DNA of 64,000 nucleotides from an uncultured Flavobacteriaceae bacterium. Its GTDB lineage: Bacteria; Bacteroidota; Bacteroidia; Flavobacteriales; Weeksellaceae. The stretch covers positions 3,315 to 67,314 of the forward strand of contig CAUQBR010000008.1 of the NCBI GenBank assembly GCA_963516475.1, in the 5' to 3' direction. This document shows, piece by piece, positions 57,810 to 64,000 of this stretch; the first letter of the stretch is position 1; every line of letters begins with the position of its first letter. The position numbers and the translations under genes were made by a program. The notes below the pieces were generated by a model, which did not search any database, had not been told where the DNA came from, and saw only the letters and a list, made by a program, of their open reading frames with translations.

Positions 57810-58709
57810 TTAAGAATAATATAAATCATCTGTTTTTGTTTTCAAGAATCTCCATGTTGCAAAAATAGTACTTAACACCGTGATAGCTATACCCACTAAA
57901 ACCACTCCTAAAACCAACCATATAAATTTGTTAGTATCTGGAACAAACTCAGAGCCAATCTGATTTGTAAAATAATACCACGCTGAGAAAAGGAAAACAA
58001 GCCCAATAAACGCTCCTATAGAACCTAAAATAACTGCTTCTTTTATAAATGGTTTCAAGATAAATCTTCTTCTTGCTCCTACCAATTGCATTGTCTTGAT
58101 AATGAATCTTTTAGAGAAAATTTTAAGGCGGATGGAACTGTTTATAAGCACGATAGCTATTATCAAGAATAATACGGTAAATCCTATAATCCACAGCAAA
58201 ATTCTATCCAAATTATAATAGACTTCCTGTGTCATTTTGGTGTCATTTTTCACCTCGCTTACTCCTTTTATCCCTTGTAAATGCTTCATCACAGCATTAA
58301 TAGTATCAGGAGCTACATAAGCTGGTTTTAGGGTAACTTCTACCGATGGAGGGAAAATATTTTCTTCGAAAAGTCCCTCTGTATCTATTCCCAGCTGTTT
58401 TTTAGCTATTATTTTTGCTTCTTCTTTGGTAATGAATTTTGTCTTTTTTACATATTTTTGCTCAGAAATCAATTTGTATGTTTCCTGCTGATATTCACCT
58501 GCTTTTGCGGAATCCTTAGGATCCAGATATTCATCAAAATACACTGCAACAACCAGCTGCTCCTTGATATAGTCAGAATATTTCTGTGCATTTATCAAAA
58601 TCAACCCAAAAAGTCCAACCAAAAAAAGAACCAATGAGATACTGATAACCACAGTAATATTACTTGAACGCAGCCTTCTTCTATTAAAATCATCTATTGA
58701 ATGTGCCAT
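57810..58709 (-). CDS. ftsX: cell division protein FtsX-like permease
   Basis: N-terminal TM helix, periplasmic domain, and three C-terminal TM helices with an FtsX-type loop (MQLVGARRRFI). Confidence 0.85.
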   Translation of the reverse strand: MAHSIDDFNRRRLRSSNITVVISISLVLFLVGLFGLILINAQKYSDYIKEQLVVAVYFDEYLDPKDSAKAGEYQQETYKLISEQKYVKKTKFITKEEAKIIAKKQLGIDTEGLFEENIFPPSVEVTLKPAYVAPDTINAVMKHLQGIKGVSEVKNDTKMTQEVYYNLDRILLWIIGFTVLFLIIAIVLINSSIRLKIFSKRFIIKTMQLVGARRRFILKPFIKEAVILGSIGAFIGLVFLFSAWYYFTNQIGSEFVPDTNKFIWLVLGVVLVGIAITVLSTIFATWRFLKTKTDDLYYS

Positions 58710-58812
58710 TTGATAAATTTTTCGGCTAAAATAGAAAAAATCTCGCTAAATCAAAGTAGGAATACGAAAAAATTGATGTTAATTAAATCATAAATTTTGT
58801 TTCAAAAAGCCT

Positions 58813-58820
58813 TAACTTTG
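58813..58820 (+). promoter_or_regulatory. candidate -7 box (TAnnTTTG) for rsmA-mgtE
   Basis: TAACTTTG lies 20 nt upstream of ATG 58840. Confidence 0.45.
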
Positions 58821-58839
58821 CCGAAAAATTTAGAATTTA

Positions 58840-59616
58840 ATGAGCGTAAAGGCCAAAAAACACCTCGGACAGCATTTCCTAACCGATGAAAATATCGCAA
58901 AAAAAATCGCAAACAGCCTCCAATTCAGCGGGTATGATAAAGTCTTGGAAGTAGGCCCAGGGATGGGAGTTCTCACCAAATATCTTTTAGAAAAAGAAAC
59001 CGAAACCTTTGTGGCGGAGATAGATACAGAGTCTATCGCCTACCTCAAAGAGCATTATCCTCAGCTAAAAGAAAACCATTTCGTGGGAGATTTCCTGAAA
59101 ACAGATTTTTCCAAAATCTTTCCAAATGAGCAAATAGCTGTGATAGGGAATTTCCCTTACAATATTTCTTCGCAGATTTTATTTCACATTATAGAAAACT
59201 ATCAGCAGATACCAGAAATGGCGGGAATGTTCCAAAAAGAAGTGGCCGAACGAACAGCAGCCGTTCCCAGAACGAAAGATTATGGGATTTTATCTGTAAT
59301 GGTTCAGGCTTATTATGATGTCAAATATCTTTTCACGGTTCATGAAAATGTTTTCAATCCACCACCAAAAGTGAAATCTGGCGTGATTTCGCTGCTGAGA
59401 AATCCCAAAGAAGGACTTGCAGGAAACGAAACTTTATTCAAAAATATCGTAAAAGCTGGCTTTAACCAAAGAAGAAAAAAACTCAGCAATGCTCTAAAAG
59501 TTTTAAACATTCCTGAGGAACTTTCTGGTCATAATTTCTTAAATTTGCGGGCGGAAGAACTTTCTGTACAAGACTTCATCTCATTTACCAATGAGTGGAA
59601 AGAAAATCTAAAATAA
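58840..59616 (+). CDS. rsmA: 16S rRNA (adenine1518/1519-N6)-dimethyltransferase
   Basis: KHLGQHFL, EVGPGMG (SAM binding) and NFPYNISS motifs. Confidence 0.93.
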   Translation: MSVKAKKHLGQHFLTDENIAKKIANSLQFSGYDKVLEVGPGMGVLTKYLLEKETETFVAEIDTESIAYLKEHYPQLKENHFVGDFLKTDFSKIFPNEQIAVIGNFPYNISSQILFHIIENYQQIPEMAGMFQKEVAERTAAVPRTKDYGILSVMVQAYYDVKYLFTVHENVFNPPPKVKSGVISLLRNPKEGLAGNETLFKNIVKAGFNQRRKKLSNALKVLNIPEELSGHNFLNLRAEELSVQDFISFTNEWKENLK

Positions 59617-59619
59617 TCT

Positions 59620-60972
59620 ATGCCAAAAAAAGAAGAAAACATCTACCAGCCGCTGCTTTCGTACATTGAAGAGAAAAATGCAAAAGCCATTTCGGAAATT
59701 ATTTCGGAAATGGAGGCGGTGGATATTGCCAATTTGTTTGGGATTTTAGATGATTCTCAAAGGGTGTTTCTCTACGAACTCATGGACAATGATGTTTCTG
59801 CGGAAATGCTTTTGTACATCGATGAAGAAGACCGAAAAGAATTCCTAAAAAACTTCTCGACCAAAGAAATCGCAGAAGAAATCATCAGTGAGATAAATTC
59901 TGATGATGCAGCAGACATCATTGCTGAACTTCCAGAACACCAGCAAAATGAAATCATCCAGCATATAGATGATAATGAACTAGCACAGAGCATCGTAGAG
60001 CTCCTCCGCTATGACGACCATGTAGCGGGAAGTCTCATGGCTACGGAGCTGGTAAAAGTAGATCATAATCTATCCATCATCGCCGCGGTAAGGGAAATGC
60101 GCAAACAAGCCGAAGATATGGATGAAGTCTATTCTATCTATGTGGTGGATGAACAGGACAAGCTCCTCGGCACCCTCAGTTTAAAAAAACTACTTACCAC
60201 CAGCACTTCTTCCAAGGTTTCGGATGTATATAATTCTAAAATAAGATGTGTGCAGGACAATGAACCTGCCGAAGATGTGGCACGATACATGCAGAAATAT
60301 GACCTCTTTGAGGTGCCTGTAATAGATGCTTTGGGAAGATTGGTCGGAAGAATTACCATAGATGATGTCATGGACTTTATCAAAGAAGAAACGGATAAAG
60401 ACTATCAGCTGGCATCAGGGATTGCTACAGATATTGACTCTACGGACACTATTCTAAACATCACCAAAGCCCGTCTTCCATGGCTGTTCATAGGAATGGT
60501 GGGCGGTCTGATAGGCTCACGAGTTTTACAAGGAAATGAAGAAGCGATGAGCCATGTACCTGCCTTGATGTTCTTTGTCCCACTGATAGCGGCTACCGCT
60601 GGAAACATCGGCGTACAGGCTTCGGCGATTATCGTGCAAGGGCTTGCCAACAATACATTGGGACAAAACACCCTAAAAACCCTAATGAAAGAAGTGAGCG
60701 TAGCTGTGGCTTCGGGAATGATTTTATCACTGATTATTTTGGGATTCAATTTGTTTGTCAATCATCATGATATGATGATTTCCATTACGATTTCCGTAGC
60801 TCTGCTTTCTGTCATCATCATCGCAGCGATGATAGGCACCATTGTCCCTATTTTTCTCAACAAAAATAAAATAGACCCAGCTATCGCTACAGGTCCATTC
60901 ATCACCACTTCCAACGATATCCTTGGTGTGATGGTATATTTTACGATTGCAAAATTAATATTAGGACTTTAA
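59620..60972 (+). CDS. mgtE: magnesium transporter
   Basis: Acidic N-domain, a CBS pair, and a C-terminal five-TM MgtE domain (PLIAATAGNIG, GPFITTSNDILG). Confidence 0.93.
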   Translation: MPKKEENIYQPLLSYIEEKNAKAISEIISEMEAVDIANLFGILDDSQRVFLYELMDNDVSAEMLLYIDEEDRKEFLKNFSTKEIAEEIISEINSDDAADIIAELPEHQQNEIIQHIDDNELAQSIVELLRYDDHVAGSLMATELVKVDHNLSIIAAVREMRKQAEDMDEVYSIYVVDEQDKLLGTLSLKKLLTTSTSSKVSDVYNSKIRCVQDNEPAEDVARYMQKYDLFEVPVIDALGRLVGRITIDDVMDFIKEETDKDYQLASGIATDIDSTDTILNITKARLPWLFIGMVGGLIGSRVLQGNEEAMSHVPALMFFVPLIAATAGNIGVQASAIIVQGLANNTLGQNTLKTLMKEVSVAVASGMILSLIILGFNLFVNHHDMMISITISVALLSVIIIAAMIGTIVPIFLNKNKIDPAIATGPFITTSNDILGVMVYFTIAKLILGL

Positions 60973-60977
60973 AAAAA

Positions 60978-61010
60978 CAGCCACAAGTTTCAACTTATGG
61001 CTGTCAATTT
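60978..61010. terminator. bidirectional terminator after mgtE
   Basis: 12-bp stem CAGCCACAAGTT (60978-60989) / AACTTATGGCTG (60992-61003), followed by TCAATTTTT. Confidence 0.75.
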
Positions 61011-61886
61011 TTATTTGCTTTTTCTTGTTTGGAAAATATATCCAACTCCGAAATTCACTTGTCCAAAAACAAAATCTTGTTGTGCTTTGTCTGGTCTGTC
61101 GTTTAGTGTTGTCTTCACATCAGGCATGTTGATATAGCCGTATTTTGCCTCCACTCTTGCCATCAGATGTTTCCAGAAAACAAAATTCAAACTCGCTCTA
61201 GCATCCAGTCCAAATCCTGCCACATGGAAACGGTCACTTCTCTCATTCCCAAAAAGTTTAACATTAGATTTTGGATACAAAACTCCTAAACCTCCACCAT
61301 AAGACCAAGTAATATTAAAATTATTCCCTTGGTAGATTTTATTATATTTCTCAGCTCCGATGTTTACATAATTAAGCCCATCTGTATGCTCAAATGTAAG
61401 GAATTCTCCATCTGTCAAATCCACTTTTCCATCTCTAACCATCGCTGCATAGTGAGGGTCAGAAATTTTCCCAGTAAAATCTGTCGTTTGGTCTTGTTTC
61501 ATCACATATTTCATATGGTCTAGCGCCAAAACAAGAGCCAAATTATCCTTAATAAAATACCCTATTCTAGCATTAGTCTGAGGAATTGTAACACGAAGTG
61601 GATTAAGATAATCATCAAAACTAAAGTCTGTCGGTCTATCTTTAGCTATCATATTATGAAGCGTAAAATCATAGCCATTCCCTCTGAAATGAACATCTGA
61701 ATTACTATAAATAGCCCTATTCCAGCCCCAATACAAAAATATTGCTCCTTTTCTGTAAGGATTGTAGGCTGTTTTGTTTACAATAGAAAGGTCTGCTTGT
61801 GTCTCTGACACAGGTTTTTCCTGAGCCGAAACAAAATTCATTCCCACCAAAAATGATAATAAAATTCCTGCTTTTTTCATAATCAA
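61011..61886 (-). CDS. secreted hypothetical protein, possibly an outer-membrane beta-barrel
   Basis: Signal peptide ending VSAQ. Alternating aromatic and Gly-rich strands. No family recognised. Confidence 0.5.
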   Translation of the reverse strand: MIMKKAGILLSFLVGMNFVSAQEKPVSETQADLSIVNKTAYNPYRKGAIFLYWGWNRAIYSNSDVHFRGNGYDFTLHNMIAKDRPTDFSFDDYLNPLRVTIPQTNARIGYFIKDNLALVLALDHMKYVMKQDQTTDFTGKISDPHYAAMVRDGKVDLTDGEFLTFEHTDGLNYVNIGAEKYNKIYQGNNFNITWSYGGGLGVLYPKSNVKLFGNERSDRFHVAGFGLDARASLNFVFWKHLMARVEAKYGYINMPDVKTTLNDRPDKAQQDFVFGQVNFGVGYIFQTRKSK

Positions 61887-61935
61887 TTATTATTTTTATC
61901 TTTTACTAAGTAATTAAATTTCTTTAAAAGTAGAA

Positions 61936-61966
61936 ATCGGTTTAAAGAAATTCGCTTTAAACCGAT
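61936..61966 (-). terminator. hairpin terminator after secG
   Basis: 12-bp stem ATCGGTTTAAAG (61936-61947) / CTTTAAACCGAT (61955-61966). Only a short T-run on the minus strand. Confidence 0.55.
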
Positions 61967-61990
61967 ATTTATATAATTATTAACCCAAAC

Positions 61991-62329
61991 TTATTTTGTC
62001 TTTGCAGATTCATCAGCTTTCGCTGGTGTCTTTGCTGCATTGCTTGGTGCAGTAGTCTGAGGCTTCGCATTTGTTGGCACTACTACCGCAGAAGGCTTCG
62101 CTGTAAGCACCACACTTAGAAAAATAAGCCCTACCACGACACCACCAAGTGTCCATGTAGCTTTCTCCATAAAATCATTAGTTCTCTGTATCCCAAAAGA
62201 TGCAGAAGATGCTCCTCCGAAAGTTCCTGAAAGCCCCCCTCCTTTAGGATTTTGAGCTAAAATAATAATAGCTAACAAAATACATGCAATGATGATAGCA
62301 ACCATCAGTAATATAAATATTGTACTCAT
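61991..62329 (-). CDS. secG: preprotein translocase subunit SecG
   Basis: LAQNPKGGGLSG motif. Start set to ATG 62329, because a -7 box lies inside the longer track ORF (to 62392). Confidence 0.85.
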   Translation of the reverse strand: MSTIFILLMVAIIIACILLAIIILAQNPKGGGLSGTFGGASSASFGIQRTNDFMEKATWTLGGVVVGLIFLSVVLTAKPSAVVVPTNAKPQTTAPSNAAKTPAKADESAKTK

Positions 62330-62351
62330 TTTATCATCTAAGTTTAGTCGG

Positions 62352-62359
62352 CAAATATA
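62352..62359 (-). promoter_or_regulatory. candidate -7 box (TAnnTTTG) for secG
   Basis: Minus-strand TATATTTG lies 23 nt upstream of ATG 62329. Confidence 0.45.
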
Positions 62360-62427
62360 ATAATTTTCTTTAACATGAAAAATAGATTTCACAAAAACTT
62401 TCTACATAAATTTAGACAATAAAATTG

Positions 62428-62435
62428 TAAATTTG
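62428..62435 (+). promoter_or_regulatory. candidate -7 box (TAnnTTTG) for the DUF2339 gene
   Basis: TAAATTTG lies 17 nt upstream of ATG 62452. It is embedded in an 11-bp inverted repeat. Confidence 0.45.
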
Positions 62436-62451
62436 TCTAAATTATCAAAAG

Positions 62452-64000
62452 ATGGATCCACAAAAGATAATCGAACTAGAGCAAAGGATAGGAAATTTAT
62501 TATATAGGCAGACTGCTATTTACAATGAAATAAAACAGTTGGAGAATGTATTGGCTGAGTTAAAAAAACAAAACAATCTCTCCTCGTCTGCTGCAAATAC
62601 AGTAAAAACTCCTGTTGAAAAACCTGTTGAAAGGTCAATGGAAACCTCAGCTGAAAAGCCAACTGAGAAAACAGTCATAACAGCACCTACCGCTCCTAAG
62701 CCGCAGATTTCTGCTCCTAAAATAAGCCTTCCTAAACAACCATCTGATTTAGAGAAGATTATAGGAGAAAGCTGGATTAACAAAATAGGAATTCTCATTG
62801 TGGTAATCGGTGTAGCCATCGGTGCTAAATATTCCATTGAAAATGAACTTATCAGCCCTCTTACAAGAATTATACTTGGATACCTGATGGGAATCGGGCT
62901 GCTTGGTTTTGGAATCAAACTAAAACCAAAATTTGAAGGATACAGTGCAGTTTTGGTAAGTGGAGCCATTTCTATTTTCTATTTTATCACCTATTTTGCG
63001 TATAGTTTTTATGACCTCATTCCGCAGGCTTTAGCTTTTGTGATGATGCTGATATTCACAGCTTTTACCGTATTTACCGCAATAAAATACAATCGTGTGG
63101 TGATTGCCCACATTGGACTTATAGGAGCTTACGCTGTTCCATTCCTTCTATCATCAGGCTCTGGAAGAGTGGATATTTTGTTCAGTTATATGCTCATAAT
63201 CAACCTTGGTATTTTATTTATTTCTATAAAAAAAGACTGGAAATCATTACATTACAGTGCTTTCTTTTTCACTTGGATGATATATGGCTCTTGGTTCGCG
63301 GATAAATCTTTTGATTCAAATCTACAAGGATATGAAGCTCTGGGATTAGGCTTTGCTACGGCATTTTTCTTGGTTTTCTATGGAGTTTCTTTATTTAATA
63401 ACATCATTTCAAAAGAAAAACTGGATAAAGTCAATATTATCCTTATTCTACTGAATTCATTTATTTACTTTGGATTTGGATTTGGTATTTTTAATGGACA
63501 TAGTATATTAGATTCCTATTTAGGGTTATTCACTTTGTTTAATGCTGTTATCCATTTTGCTGTTTTATTCTTTATCAAATCGAAAAAACTTGCTGATTCT
63601 ACCTTGTTCTATTCCACATTAGGGATGGTTTTCACTTTCATTACGATTGCAATACCGATACAGCTGGATGGAAACTGGGTAACGCTTATGTGGACAGCTC
63701 AAGGAGCTATTTTGTTTTGGCTTGGAAAAACAAAAAAAATATCCATTTACGAAAAAATATCCCTCCCTATACTTGGACTTGCTTTTCTAAGTTTTCTCGA
63801 AGACTGGGAGCGTTATAGTTATGCTGTTGATTTAGATATTCATGCTTTCTGGAATATCAATTTCCTGACAGGTATTTTTGCTGTTTTGGGATATGGTTCT
63901 GCTATTTATCTTTCGAGAAAATACCCTGACGCAGAAGGCGAAAAATTTAGTCCTTTTAATACTATAAAATCTTTCTATTTACCAGCTTTATTAGTATTGA
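62452..64000 (+). CDS. DUF2339-like polytopic membrane protein, 3' end cut by the window edge
   Basis: Not in the ORF track because no stop lies in the window. I translated the frame codon by codon from ATG 62452 to 64000 and found no stop. N-terminal coiled coil, a Pro/Lys-rich linker, then many TM helices. Confidence 0.75.
   Translation, partial: MDPQKIIELEQRIGNLLYRQTAIYNEIKQLENVLAELKKQNNLSSSAANTVKTPVEKPVERSMETSAEKPTEKTVITAPTAPKPQISAPKISLPKQPSDLEKIIGESWINKIGILIVVIGVAIGAKYSIENELISPLTRIILGYLMGIGLLGFGIKLKPKFEGYSAVLVSGAISIFYFITYFAYSFYDLIPQALAFVMMLIFTAFTVFTAIKYNRVVIAHIGLIGAYAVPFLLSSGSGRVDILFSYMLIINLGILFISIKKDWKSLHYSAFFFTWMIYGSWFADKSFDSNLQGYEALGLGFATAFFLVFYGVSLFNNIISKEKLDKVNIILILLNSFIYFGFGFGIFNGHSILDSYLGLFTLFNAVIHFAVLFFIKSKKLADSTLFYSTLGMVFTFITIAIPIQLDGNWVTLMWTAQGAILFWLGKTKKISIYEKISLPILGLAFLSFLEDWERYSYAVDLDIHAFWNINFLTGIFAVLGYGSAIYLSRKYPDAEGEKFSPFNTIKSFYLPALLVL

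Noticed and set aside
62520-62969. 149-aa minus-strand ORF.
   Set aside because: It is antisense to the long open DUF2339 reading frame (62452 to the window end), whose translation shows a coherent coiled coil plus TM helices. The minus ORF has no start context or recognisable features.

Overview
AT-rich chromosomal segment, roughly mid-30s % GC judged by eye, that looks like a Flavobacteriales (Bacteroidota) genome, possibly Weeksellaceae-like. Support for this: many genes are preceded by the Bacteroidota -7 promoter box TAnnTTTG, atpDC is separated from atpBEFHAG, and DUF349, PCMD-like, DUF3098 and DUF2339 proteins and a split 5'-nucleotidase are present. Most of the window is housekeeping: aroE, ribD, ribF, map, both ATP synthase operons, trpB, tpx, dacB, priA, purH, dgt, nrdAB, recO, dapA, galE, truB, uppP, ftsX, rsmA, mgtE and secG. 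I found no rRNA, tRNA, CRISPR array, transposase or integrase. All function calls rest on motif and family recognition by eye, with no searches run. Several track ORFs were shortened at the 5' end where a promoter box or terminator lies inside the longer reading frame. An open-ended ORF missing from the track, a DUF2339 membrane protein, runs from 62452 to the window end. Items worth a second look: (1) an unannotated 20-codon leader ORF with tandem Trp codons plus a terminator, i.e. a Trp attenuator, between atpC and a stand-alone trpB. (2) A six-gene accessory island at about 23.7-28.0 kb with immunity-like genes (SUKH-like, DUF695/RraB-like, small acidic proteins), a signal-less mini YD-repeat protein and a GNAT, but no toxin or mobility gene. 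(3) Three extra genes (two unknowns plus a GNAT) packed inside an nrdB-nrdA operon whose RNR has no ATP-cone. (4) A TonB-dependent receptor locus with two paralogous uncharacterised lipoproteins and a Cys/His-rich small membrane protein. (5) A tandem array of three secreted paralogs, the third broken by two -1 slips in poly-A runs. (6) Heptamer-repeat and GC-rich intercistronic hairpins inside the ATP synthase operons.
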